Origin: Azolla caroliniana | Lineage: Eukaryota; Plantae; Polypodiophyta | Direction: 5' to 3' | Length of the DNA stretch: 64,000 bases | Assembly: GCA_043228905.1 (NCBI GenBank) | Contig: JBHGNT010000018.1 | Coordinates: forward strand, 8,556,001 to 8,620,000 | Shown: positions 11,758-22,964 of the stretch, piece by piece | How the letters are laid out: every line of letters begins with the position of its first letter | Position numbering within the stretch: position 1 is the first letter of the stretch | Notes under the pieces: model-generated | Seen by the model: only the letters and a program-made list of their open reading frames with translations | Told to the model about the DNA's origin: nothing | Database searches by the model: none | Translations under genes and position numbers: made by a program

Positions 11758-13200
11758 CCTGTAGCTAGTAACGCACGCATCGCAGAGTTGGAAGCTCACG
11801 CGACTACGGCGCAACACGCAACCCCGCCACCGAACCATGTCATCGACGCTCTAAAAGAAGAAATCGAGGCTCAGACCACCATCGCTTCAAAAGCAAAAAG
11901 GGTCATGCAGCTAGTAGAATCCGAAATTGACCATCTTCGAGCATAACTACGCCAATCCTCCGACAGAGAAAAGGAGATACAGGCTACCGGACGGAAGGCC
12001 GTAAAAACTCTTGAAGAGAAATTAGCTATGGAGGTAGCTCAACACATCCGGACAAAGGATGACAATGCACAATTACGAGAGGACGCGAAGAGAGCGGAGG
12101 CGGTAATCGCAGGACTTCAGACCTTATTAGGAAAAAAGAAGGTATGGTTTGATGAGCAGTTGGTGATCGAACAAGACAGAAGACATCAGCTCGAAATCCG
12201 CCTAAACAATCAAATCGGGAGATTAGAAGAACTGCATGCAAAGGAATCCCAACTATGGGTGGGCCTGAAGGCCACGTATGAGGAAGCGGCAGCCATTAAA
12301 CAGCAGGAAATCGCAAATCTCCAGAAGTCGATGGAAGACGCACGCAACCGCTGCCAAGCCATCAAGGATAACGTGCACATCCTTCTCCAAACAAACCGGG
12401 AAAGGTTCACAGTGCAATTGAAAACGGCGCTGGACAAAATATGGATGGCGTGGGCAACCCAAGCTGCGGAATTGCACGCGTATCGGGCGGATTGGGAGAA
12501 CCGGCGGAAAGACGGCCGAGGTTTTTATAAACTAAATGAGGAGAGCATTGCGACTGTACGGGAGGACCTAGCGCAAGACTATCGTGTGCTAGCAGACCAA
12601 CACTCCAAAGAATTCGCACATCTCTTAGATGATTTTGGTGAAAGTCAGGAGGAGCTATTTCATCAGATCACACAAGCCGGCAACACGCGCACAAACGAGG
12701 AACCCAACGCAACACCAATTCCGGTCACAACCGAAGAAGAGGAACCTCACGCCCAATCACCAGAGATGACAACGGGGGAGAATAGCAAGGACCAGCGAGC
12801 GGAGTTCCCCACAGGACCAGACAGTGAAACCATTACCCAACAAGAGGTCCAGCCGCACGAGCCCAAACCATCATCAAACCACGCGGAAAATAGTGCTGAC
12901 CAGGAGGAATCTCCACCCCACTCTCAGGAACATACAAAAACGGCGAACACCGCGGAGGACGTAAGAATGGAGGCTGAGCTGCAACCAACTGCAAGCACGC
13001 CAATGGCGGAGCCCAACCCGCTAACTCAAGAAGAGCCCACCGTACCCGAACCACTCGCACACGGTGACGGCGACACCGGGAGAAACCAGGCCGACCAAGC
13101 AGAGAAGCCGCACCACGATGCACCGACGGGGCCTACATCACCTCCAGACGAGGACACCACAACAGAGTCGAACATCCGGGCCATTTTGGAAGAAGATTAA
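11758..13200 (+). pseudogene. Unassigned coiled-coil + acidic/proline-rich ORF, probably a retroelement accessory ORF (one in-frame stop at 11944)
   Basis: The 390-aa ORF 12028-13200 extends upstream in frame to ~11758 across a single TAA. Heptad-like N-half, disordered E/P/T-rich C-half. Followed by TATATAAAGGG (~15011) and a CAACA end (~15333-15341). Confidence 0.5.
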
Positions 13201-13455
13201 CAGGATGAGTCCGACGTTGTCGCGAAGATGCGTGTGCGAGCGTGCTTCGCTTGAGAGGGACCACCGGGGTCTTGGACCAAGGAGGATGTCCGTCAAGGTA
13301 TTGAGAAGAGGACGATGCGAATGTAAGATTGGAGGAAGACCTATTGCACTTGAGAAGATTGAAGATTGTACACTTTGAGAAGTAGATAAATAATTACAAG
13401 ATAGATGCGAAGATGAAGAAATAGAAGCTTATATTATTGATGGTGATGAGGATGG

Positions 13456-13935
13456 TCATATCATATTGAGCCCCCCCAATCTTCGATCCCGGTCCGAGAG
13501 TTGAGCGAATCGATACTCAAACTCAACAAATGTATGCATAGCACTCTGGTGGGTCATTCTCGATGACACCCTTTTGTGAAACTCATACATACCTCGTCCC
13601 TTTTGCTCTTCGTAACCATATGACTCTCGTAAAGCTTCTTTGAAGGACACCCACGAATCGTGAGTTTTTTGAATCTCTTTAATCTCTTCGAAGATCGGTT
13701 CGGCCACCACTCGACAAAAGTACTCCAGCCTCATTTCTTCCTCCACTCCTCTTGAATCCATTTCAGCATTGTAGGCCTTTAGAAATATTTGGACTTCGCC
13801 TCCATCGAAAAACCCGACTCTCTTGATCATGCTTTCGACGGCTTGTTGGGCTGCATCTCGTGTTTTCCCTTCTCTTGAAAACTCCATCATCATCTTTGAC
13901 ATTGCCTTCATTAGATATACCTCGTCCATCTTCAT
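13456..13935 (-). pseudogene. gag: gag N-terminal fragment
   Basis: VESMIKRVGFFDGGEVQIFLKAYNAEM aligns with VEKAVDRVVELEGQFDGRNVTKFLDVYKREM of the 3296-5494 gag. Starts just after the PBS. Confidence 0.75.
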
Positions 13936-14438
13936 CCTCCCCTACCGCTCTTCACGTCTAGTTCACCAAAAATTTATGTCGTGAAGATCCGTAACTACGC
14001 ACGGTTCGTGAGGCGGAACCGCCGGGGTTCTGGACCGGAAGGATTCAAAGTCGGTACAAGCTTTGGCGCAAGCTTTAGCGAGAAAGTACTTAAGATAGAT
14101 TGGGAAAGAGAGAAGTTGAGATTACACGATTGAGAGAGATTGATTGAACTTTTAACTTTAGATTTAAGAAATAAGTTACACGATCAATTTGATAACGAAT
14201 TTCCTCTTCTTAATTTTCATCAAAAAAACGTGTTTTTTCTCCTCCCCCTTCCTTCTTTTATAGATGCTCTCATGCATATGATGCATGTGAGGGTACAAGA
14301 CATGCATAAATTGCATGTTTGCCATTTGGCGCTTATGTGTTACAAGTGGTGCATGATAACCATGTCACTCATTTTAGCTCTCATGTATGAGAATTTACAT
14401 GCAAAAGTACAATGATAGAAATATAATTTCAACTAAAT

Positions 14439-14508
14439 AGCATGGCTTAATGGTAAGCCAATTGATTCCTAACTTGGAGGTGCAAGGTTCGAATCCTTAC
14501 TTGCCCTC
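14439..14508 (+). promoter_or_regulatory. tRNA-like A-box/B-box module in LTR U3, antisense to element
   Basis: A box TGGCTTAATGG 14443-14453, B box GGTTCGAATCC 14486-14496, T-stem AAGG/CCTT; spacing 43. Confidence 0.75.
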
Positions 14509-14637
14509 CTTGTATATGTATATATATTTATTTATCTAGTTGCCGGACGCCGGTTCATCGGATGTCGTCGGATACCGGTGCCTCGCCGAATGTCGTCGTC
14601 TCACCGGCGACGGCATCAACATCCGATGCCGTCGGTT

Positions 14638-14865
14638 ACTGCAAGCACGCCAACGGCGAGCCCAACCCGCTAACTCAAGAAGAGCCCACCGTACCCGAAC
14701 CACCCGCACACGGCGACGGCGACACCGGGAGAAACCAGGCCGACCAAGCAGAGGAGCTGCACCACGATGCACCGACGGGGCCTACATCACCTCCGGACGA
14801 GGACACACAACAGAGCCGAACATCCGGGCCATTTTGGAAGAAGATTAACAGGATGGGTCCGACGT
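14638..14865 (+). repeat. ~228-bp direct repeat of 12988-13217
   Basis: ACTGCAAGCACGCCAA...GAAGATTAACAGGATG.GTCCGACGT occurs on both sides of the 13218-14637 insert. Confidence 0.85.
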
Positions 14866-15414
14866 GCAAAGGCACTGTCCCACATGCGTGCCAAGTGTTG
14901 TCCGCCGGAATAGTAACCAACAGACAAAAGCGTAGGAATAAGAAACTATATAAGAGCATAACGCATGTAACGGTTAACACAGGAAGCGTGAACAGCTAAT
15001 TAGACCCTGCATATATAAAGGGCAGAAAACCTCTTATGGAGGTGCGTGTAATTTAGGAATATAAAGAACGCCTGATAATAGAATTCTATCTTCTCTGATT
15101 TTCTGTGTATAGCTACGGCTAGTTCAGTGTCGGTGTCTTGGATACTTAAGCGTGGTAGTACGTAAGTGTAACCCTTGATAGGGATTTGGTTGTAGCCGTC
15201 TTCCCTTATACGCGGAGAGGTTACAAGGGTTCTCCCCTTACGCATTACGCTTAAACCCCTGTTCATTGTTCCACACCCACCTTGAGGTCTAGGTCGAAGC
15301 ACTGACCACGGATCGTGTTCCTAAACGGCAACACCGCAACACAAACTAGCCTCATTGTCCTTTGTTTTTATCATAGACAATGTGACGCCTATTTGCTTCT
15401 TCATTGCCCAATAA

Positions 15415-16025
15415 TATATTCGAAACGCATTGTTTCCCCCGTAATCAGCACTTTGATCATTTCCCTAAGAACAATTTCTTGAACATCTAATTTAACACCT
15501 TAAATTCAATATAACAATCGCAAACTCATAAATCACATTACAAATTTGTAATCTTTGTCAATGAACTAACCCTAATTGCAAAGGACTTCCCTTGATAATG
15601 AAATCCATGAATAAATTTTGTGTTTCTTAATCTCAAATACAACCTCTACATATTAAAAGGCAATAAGCCCTACCATGTTTTATGATTACAAGCCTCTTGA
15701 TGTTATCATATTTCATCACCAATCATTCAACGAAAAAACTTCATTTTGATCATCATTGAGGTAAGCTAAGGTGTTCAGGAGAATTGGTGAACATTCCGAA
15801 TTGTTTTGAAGTCAATGTGGGCAAAGCATTCAATTCCATTTCATGAGATTGACTCTTTCTTCTTCTTTTGGTAAGTAGTTGTCATAAGGAAAGTTTTTGT
15901 TTGTTAACGACTCTTTTATAAGGAAATTTAGGCTCTACATTAGCAAAAGAAATTGTTGATAAAACAAAAACAAATGGATCTTCTTAAGTGGTAATTCAGA
16001 AGTTAGTGGTTGTGTAGTTAATGGA
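15415..16025 (+). repeat. Left arm of a long diverged inverted repeat (right arm ~29950-30773)
   Basis: GCATTGTTTCCCCC / GGGGGAAACAATGC and TTGATAAAACAAAAACAAA / TTTTTGTTTTATCGA, with collinear matches between them. Confidence 0.7.
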
Positions 16026-16653
16026 GTCGATGGATTGGTTGTTGAAGTCATTAACTTAATGTAATATAGTCAAGTTTTGGTGAGAGTGTGAAAGCTAGCT
16101 CTTCAATGCAAAAAGAGGATGTTAATAAAAGGAAAAACAAAAGAGTCTGCTCAAGTTATAATTAAAGAGCGTGTATGTTAAGAGTCTATTACTAATCAAT
16201 AGACCAAATCAAGTAAAAAGGAAGAAAATAGATTGGATAGAAGAACCCGTTCCACCCGACCACCCCCGAGCTATGATCTAGACATAGCCAACCTACCACC
16301 GACGTCCCATACCGCCGAATATTAGGATGACTAATACCTTGGAAGAGATAAACACGATCGTCGAGACGAAAGCCTAGCCCGCACCACCGGTGTCTACGAC
16401 AGCAGCCTTCCGACGTGATCCCTATGAGGGTAGCTAAGCCTCATATTTATACCTTTTCCTAGGCCCCTTGAATAGATGTGCCTTTCTAAAAGGCTCTCTA
16501 TTCATTGGTTGTCTAAATCATGATAGTGCATGCACATATCATTCATTCTATCCAATCATTAGTCCCCTTTTTAATAATAGTGAACATACCCTTCACTAAT
16601 GTAAATATTAGTGACCTACCCTCACCAACGTTATGTGTACATAACATACTCCC

Positions 16654-19600
16654 CTACTTCAAAAGATTGCACTCTTGCAATATAAAGTGAGGAAATTGTG
16701 CCTTAAGCGAATGCTCGCGTTCCCATGTGGCATCATCAATAGGTTTATCCATCCATTTGATCTTGAATAGCCGAATCTCTTTAGAACGTAAACGTTTAGT
16801 ACGAGAATCAAGAATTCGTTCAGGAACATGAGGTTTGTAAGAAAAATCCTCTAATGTTACAAGATCTTGGATTGTGATGGTGTTATCACCAGAGCCTAAA
16901 AATGGTTTTAGACGACTGACGTGAAAAACAGGATGAATACCAACGTTACGAGGTAAGGCAAGGTGATAAGCAGATGACCCAACTCGCTTAAGGATTTCAA
17001 ATGGGCCACAATATCGTGGGGCTAACTTAGCGCACTTGCCCGTAGATAATGACGTAGAATCAGTCGGGACACGCAAAAAAACTTTTTGACCAATAGTAAA
17101 TGCACGAGGACGTCTATCCTGATCAGCATAAAATCGAGCACGATCTTGAGCTGTCTTGACATTTTCTTTGGCAATATGCAACATTTGGTTCATGTCTTGC
17201 AAAAAATTGCGTGTACTGTCTAATGTATCACGATGAATCGTGACATCAACTGGGGCACGTGGCTGAAAACCATACATCAACATAAAAGGACTATATCCAG
17301 TGGATGTATGTTTAGAGCTATTATAGGCAAATTCTAAGATAGGAAGGTATTGCTCCCACTTAGAAGGGGTTTTTGCTACATAAGCTCGAAGCATGTCCTC
17401 AATAATTTGATTAACTCGTTCAGTTTGTCCATCAGACTGAGGATGATCTGCGGAACTCATGCTCAACGTAGTTTCTAGTTTCTTAAAGACCTGAGTCCAA
17501 AAGTCACTAGTAAACTTGGAATCTCGATCACTAACAATATCCATCGGTAATCCATAAAAACGAAATAACTCATCAACAAATTGATAAGCCAACTGTTGAG
17601 CGGTTACCGTGGTTTTTGTAGGAATAAATCTAGCTAATTTTGTTAGCCTGTCAACGACAACCCATATGGCATCATGACCCCTCTGTGTACGAGGTAAACT
17701 AACAATAAAATCCATCGAGATACTTTCCCATTTATTGTTGGGAATATCTAAGGGATGTAAAAGACCAGCAGCTTTAAGTCGTTCCGACTTATTAATCTGA
17801 CATTGTAAGCATTGAGTTACGTATTTATGCACGTCAGAGCGCATCTTAGGCCAGAAAAAAGTACACGAGATGAGAACGAGTGTGCGTTGTATTCCAGGAT
17901 GACCAGCAGATGGTGCATCATGACATTCATGAAAAAATTTCTGTTTAACATTTGGTAAATCTGGAACACAGACCTTTCCACTACGGTAGAGCAAACCGTT
18001 TGTAATGTGAAAGGTCGCCTTCGAGGGTAGGGTGCTAGTATCGGCATCTAAACCAGATTCGGCTTTCGTCCAGTATTTTGAGAAATAACTGTCATCAAGG
18101 TATTTCCCTCGAAGGTGATCTAAAAGATCAGATTTTATTTCCGTGAAGCTAAGCATGTTAACTTCTTTAATGCGACTAAGAGCATCAGCAACGGTGTTCA
18201 TAGAACCCTTGCGATATCGTATGGAAAAATCAAAATCTTGTATAAGGTCAGCCCAACGGCCTTTACGACCAACAAGATCGGGCTGGTCACAAAAATACTT
18301 TAATGATTGATGGTCTGTTGTAACCACAAATTTATTTCCATAGAGATAGTGCCTCCATGTTTTAAGTGCGTGTATCACCGCAAACAACTCTTTCTCTTGA
18401 ACCGAATACCGAGATTGAGCAGCATCAAGCTTCTTACTTTCAAAAGCAATAGGGTGACCACCTTGATAAAGAACGGCACCAATAGCATAATCACTAGCAT
18501 CGGTTTCAATTGAGAAAGGCTTAGAAGGGTCTGGTAATAGAAGAGTGGGAGCCTGACACACATGCTCCTTGAGTGTCTCAAATGATTTGTCAAGTTGTTC
18601 ATTCCATGAAATTGGTTTGACAGACTTACGTGGATGACCTTTTAAAAGGTCAGTTAATGGCGTAGTCAATTTGGAATAGTTACGAATTGATTTTCGTAAA
18701 AATCCAACAAACCCTAAGAATGATCTAAGTTCACGAATATTACGAGGAATGGGCCAAAGTTTAACCTTTTCAATACGAGAAGGTTCAATTTCAACGCCAT
18801 TTTTTGTAATTAAATGACCTAGGTACACAATAGATTTTTGGAAGAAGTCACATTTTGAATGTTTTGCATAGAAAGAGTTGTCACGCAACTTTCGCAAAAC
18901 AAATCGAACATGTTGAACATGATCTTGCAAGGTACGGCTATATATCAAAATATCATCCAAGAAGACGACAACAAAATCACCGAGTTGATCTCGGAAAACA
19001 TCATTCATCACTTGTTGGAATGTGGCTGGAGCATTAGTCAACCCAAATGGCATGACTAAAAACTCATAATGGCCATAGCGCGTACGAAAAGCGGTTTTAG
19101 GAATATCATCCTCGGCGATGCGAATCTGATGATAACCAGTTCGTAAGTCAATTTTCGTAAAATATCGAGCCCCGTGCAAACGATCAATCAAATCATCGGC
19201 ACGAGGTAATGGATATGCATTCTTAATTGTCATTTTATTCAAACGGCGATAATTGATACACATTCGCCACGAACCTTCCTTCTTCTTGACTAATAGAACT
19301 GGCGCACCCCAAGGTGATTTACTATACCTAATGTGGCCCATACTCAAGTATTCCTTAAGTTGTTTAGCGATCTCATCCTCTTCTAATCGACTAAGGCGGT
19401 AAGGTGGAATGCTCACAGGAGCAGCCCCAGGGATGAGTTCAATTTGATGGTCCACATTACGTTTAGGTGGTAAAGTAAGCGGTAATTCAGTAGGAAACAC
19501 ATCTTGAAAATCCTCTAAAATAGAGTCGAGTAATCGTTGCTCAAAATGTGGTAATTGTGTGGCGTCAATATTAAAATAATAAAATTGAACCGCAGGATCA

Positions 19601-21057
19601 ATTACACACGAATAAATTAATGAACTAGAATACTCACTTAAAGATTTAGAAGACACAAGTGAATGAGAAGGAAGTTTGGAACATTGAATAAAATGTTTAC
19701 AATTATTAAGTTCAAATGTGATTGAGTGATTAACCCAATCAATGGACAAAGAAGGGTTTTTATTAAAAAACCAAGGATATCCTAAAATGACATCTGCGGA
19801 TTGTAATTTCATAACATGAAAGTCAAGCTTCTCCAAATAAGTATCTATTTGAATTGGCAGTTGACAAACAATGCCACTGATGTATTGAACGTTTCCATTT
19901 GCCATGTGAACTTGATAGATATGATCACTTGCGTTTATGTGGAGCTCCATTTGCTGCACAAAGTGATCATTAAGAAAATTGTGAGAACTACCGGAATCAA
20001 ACAAGAAATGTGCTTGTGTTCCATTGATATATCCGACTGCTCGGAGTAAATCATTAGGTCCAAGTAAATGTGAAGGAAAAGTGCATTCACATAAACTTAA
20101 GTGATTGGTATGAACTTCAACAATATCAAAAGACTTACCTGTGTGACTCGTAGATTTGTCTTGAGGAGGGGTGTTCATTGACTTCCTCTCAAGACGACGA
20201 CAGGTATCCTTTGTGTGGCCCCGCTTCTTGCAATATGCACAGAAGAGGTTCGGTTTCTTTGAGTCGCGGTCAAGAGTGTCACTGGATTGCTTACGTTTCC
20301 CAATGAACTTGACATTCGGAGTTTTGGCGAACTCAGGTTTATTGTGGTCTTTCTTGGAAGTCCTATGGTATCGCAGCACAATGTTGACGGCTTCCTCGAA
20401 AGTTGTGGGGTCCTTGTCATGGACAATCCAATGATAATCCCCATTGGGAATACCATTCAAAAAACAAGCGACAAACCATTTCTCACCCGTAAGTCCCGAT
20501 TTTTGGATCTGGGTCCGAGCGTGATGCACATAATCCTCGAGAGAGGTAAATGGCTTACTAGACAATGTGAGCAAGTGTTGCGCTTGTTCGGTTTGAGAAG
20601 GTGGCTGCAAGAATTGTTTCTTAAAAACATCAACGAAACCTTCCCAAGTTGTGGGTAAGTTTTTTGCGGTCCTTAGGCCACGCCACCAAGCAGCAGCTCG
20701 GCCACCTAACTCACGACCGACATAACCAATTTTTACTGCATCGGGCTTGGGATGAAGCTCAAAGTGAGACTCCCAACGACCAAGCCAAGTGCTAATGGCC
20801 TCCTCGGTTCTTTCTTTCTTATCTCCCTTGAAAGGCGTGACTACGAAGGAAGGTTCACCTTCTTTCTTGGACTCAATAGTTAATTCTTGGAATTTCTTTT
20901 CCAATGCCATATTGGCCTGTCTCATTTCGGCCAATTGATTCAAGGTAGTAGTGAGCAATTGCTCAATAGTGATCTCAGCTTGTGTGCGAGATGCGGATTG
21001 GGGTTGAGAGGTCTCATTTGGAGAGACCGTTCCAACTGCGTTCAAAACTTGTTCCAT
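16654..21057 (-). CDS. Single-ORF Gag-Pol polyprotein (Gag, CCHC, PR, RT, RNase H, IN, chromodomain)
   Basis: [51 protein letters not shown]...SDRD...GQTERVN, GPF/Y motif, [15 protein letters not shown]. Confidence 0.95.
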   Translation of the reverse strand: MEQVLNAVGTVSPNETSQPQSASRTQAEITIEQLLTTTLNQLAEMRQANMALEKKFQELTIESKKEGEPSFVVTPFKGDKKERTEEAISTWLGRWESHFELHPKPDAVKIGYVGRELGGRAAAWWRGLRTAKNLPTTWEGFVDVFKKQFLQPPSQTEQAQHLLTLSSKPFTSLEDYVHHARTQIQKSGLTGEKWFVACFLNGIPNGDYHWIVHDKDPTTFEEAVNIVLRYHRTSKKDHNKPEFAKTPNVKFIGKRKQSSDTLDRDSKKPNLFCAYCKKRGHTKDTCRRLERKSMNTPPQDKSTSHTGKSFDIVEVHTNHLSLCECTFPSHLLGPNDLLRAVGYINGTQAHFLFDSGSSHNFLNDHFVQQMELHINASDHIYQVHMANGNVQYISGIVCQLPIQIDTYLEKLDFHVMKLQSADVILGYPWFFNKNPSLSIDWVNHSITFELNNCKHFIQCSKLPSHSLVSSKSLSEYSSSLIYSCVIDPAVQFYYFNIDATQLPHFEQRLLDSILEDFQDVFPTELPLTLPPKRNVDHQIELIPGAAPVSIPPYRLSRLEEDEIAKQLKEYLSMGHIRYSKSPWGAPVLLVKKKEGSWRMCINYRRLNKMTIKNAYPLPRADDLIDRLHGARYFTKIDLRTGYHQIRIAEDDIPKTAFRTRYGHYEFLVMPFGLTNAPATFQQVMNDVFRDQLGDFVVVFLDDILIYSRTLQDHVQHVRFVLRKLRDNSFYAKHSKCDFFQKSIVYLGHLITKNGVEIEPSRIEKVKLWPIPRNIRELRSFLGFVGFLRKSIRNYSKLTTPLTDLLKGHPRKSVKPISWNEQLDKSFETLKEHVCQAPTLLLPDPSKPFSIETDASDYAIGAVLYQGGHPIAFESKKLDAAQSRYSVQEKELFAVIHALKTWRHYLYGNKFVVTTDHQSLKYFCDQPDLVGRKGRWADLIQDFDFSIRYRKGSMNTVADALSRIKEVNMLSFTEIKSDLLDHLRGKYLDDSYFSKYWTKAESGLDADTSTLPSKATFHITNGLLYRSGKVCVPDLPNVKQKFFHECHDAPSAGHPGIQRTLVLISCTFFWPKMRSDVHKYVTQCLQCQINKSERLKAAGLLHPLDIPNNKWESISMDFIVSLPRTQRGHDAIWVVVDRLTKLARFIPTKTTVTAQQLAYQFVDELFRFYGLPMDIVSDRDSKFTSDFWTQVFKKLETTLSMSSADHPQSDGQTERVNQIIEDMLRAYVAKTPSKWEQYLPILEFAYNSSKHTSTGYSPFMLMYGFQPRAPVDVTIHRDTLDSTRNFLQDMNQMLHIAKENVKTAQDRARFYADQDRRPRAFTIGQKVFLRVPTDSTSLSTGKCAKLAPRYCGPFEILKRVGSSAYHLALPRNVGIHPVFHVSRLKPFLGSGDNTITIQDLVTLEDFSYKPHVPERILDSRTKRLRSKEIRLFKIKWMDKPIDDATWEREHSLKAQFPHFILQECNLLK

Positions 21058-22029
21058 GATGCACGCTGTGGGTATGCAATAAAATAAGGAGGTTCAGAAA
21101 ATACACAAGCAAAATGAATGCTTGAAATTTTGATTGAAAGAACTTTATCCAAGAAAGTATCTCATGTCTTTACCCCTCTAGACATATGAGATGTGATTCG
21201 AGATCCGATAACTATGGTAACACTATGGTGTTTTAAAAACCATGGGGGAAAACATAGCTAAGATGTATTTCTCGGATCTCTATCTTGAGTAATCATGGCG
21301 GCTCCCCGAGGCTCAACCATGGTTCTTACATCAATGAAATTTCCTAGATAGCCTTATATTAATGCCAACCCATCATGTATTATATGGTCGAGAAAGTGTA
21401 TTACGTGAAAAAACAAGTGCACTCACAAGTAATATTCTAGTCTTGCGAGCAATAAGCAAATGTGATGATAAAATGATAAAATAAGGCACTACTCATAAGA
21501 GTTAAGTAGTGACGAAAACAAGGGTAAAAATAAATAAAAAAACCCATGTGTTACCTACGAAAAAAAACAATGTCACAAATAAATGGGAAGTGCAAGGTAT
21601 GCACATATACATCCCAATATGATTGTTATAACTTGCACAATTGTGACATAAGCCACAAATTGATACAAGTGATGACGGTGTTGTGCGCAAAGATGTAATA
21701 CTCAAATCCATGAGTAAAACATCAATAAGGGAACTCATATGGTTTTACTCGTTTTCTAAGGCTTGATGATAAGAGTTAAACCTAGATGACCCGTTGAAAA
21801 AAAAATTGTTCAACAAGCCACTCCATACGAAAAAATAGTCTACACGTAAAGGTTACATTAAAATTAAACGATGTAAATACTTTATACATGAAAAGGAAGT
21901 GGAAAAAGGAGAGTTAATTGTGGGCGGGTAAATAATAATTACTAGAAAATCATATAAGTGAAACAATACTTATGAAATTAAAATTTAATTAGAATAATCA
22001 ACAATTAGGTGTATGGAATCAAACATGCC

Positions 22030-22390
22030 CTAAGATACGAAACCCTAGGGTAGTTGACATGCACCTCCTCAAGACCACCACATATCCCTAGAATCGGCCA
22101 AGTAATGGCTAATTAAAGAGGAAAGTGGCATAGGTAAGTGACATATACCTCGTCAAGGCCACATCATCCCTTAGAATCGGCCAATTGATGGCTAATTAAA
22201 AAGGAAAGTGGCATATGTAAGCTACATATACCTTGTCAAGGCCACAACATCCCATAGAATCGGCCAATTGATGGCTTAATAGAGAGTAGAGTGGCATAGG
22301 TAGGCAACATACACCTCGTCAAGGCCACATCATCCCTTAGAATCGGCCAAGTGATGGCTCAATAGAGGGGAAGAGTGGTATACTCAACAT
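22030..22390. repeat. 83-bp tandem repeat x~4 in the chromovirus 5' UTR
   Basis: GAATCGGCCAA recurs at 22091, 22174, 22257 and 22340. Confidence 0.9.
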
Positions 22391-22669
22391 CATATGCAAA
22401 ACGGCCATGAGATAAGCATGTGCGATTAGAGCAAACACGCTCGACCCAATGCACAAGAATAATTATTATCGTAAGAGTTCAAGAGAGGAGAGAGTGGGAT
22501 ATGTCAAGACTGAGAGAGAGAAAGAGAGAGAAAAAGAGATAGAGAGATAATTGAAAGAGAATTATTATATTGAAGCGTAAAATGGATTACAAAGAGTAGG
22601 CTACAAAATGGCGTTGAACCAATTTAGGTTTGGGATGGGTGGTAGATCCCTATTTATAAGTAATAGAGA

Positions 22670-22810
22670 ACTCTCTAGAATATTCTAGGTTATCCTAGAA
22701 TGTAGAGTAATCTAGAAGATCTCTAGAGTATTCTAGAAGGTTCTAGTGGTATAGAACACTCTAGAATATTCTTGGTCATTCTAGAATGTAGAGTAATATA
22801 GAATATTCCT
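22670..22810. promoter_or_regulatory. Heat-shock-element (nGAAn inverted repeat) array in U3 (second copy ~27985-28125)
   Basis: TTCtaGAAggTTC at 22731-22743 plus several GAAtaTTC / TTCtaGAA dyads just upstream of TATA. Confidence 0.65.
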
Positions 22811-22851
22811 ATGATATTAGATTTCATATTCTAGAGACTATACATATAAGA

Positions 22852-22920
22852 ATATTAATACAATGGTTAAGGATTTGACATGTGTACAACAAGGTCGTGG
22901 GTTCAAATCCTTTCGAGTCA
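22852..22920 (+). promoter_or_regulatory. tRNA-like A-box/B-box module in 3' LTR U3, antisense to element
   Basis: TAATACAATGG (22856-22866) ... AAGGTCGTGGGTTCAAATCC (B box 22900-22910); spacing 44. Confidence 0.7.
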
Positions 22921-22964
22921 TAATGTGAGTGTCATGATCCTTTCGATGCATGATGTGACTGTTA

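Larger units (their letters stand above)
13218..14637 (-). mobile_element. Deleted non-autonomous relative of the 1631-6190 element (LTR U5 fragment, gag fragment, Trp PBS, truncated 5' LTR)
   Basis: TGTCGCGAAGATGCG at 13218 follows GACGT. PBS TGGTGAACTAGACGTGAA at 13968-13951. The LTR from 13977 is highly similar to the 5562 LTR. Confidence 0.7.

Noticed and set aside
22030-22390. CRISPR array or hammerhead-ribozyme repeats
   Set aside because: Whole 83-bp units repeat with no unique spacers, and the context is a eukaryotic retroelement. TTGACGA is not followed by a GAAA core, so there is no hammerhead.
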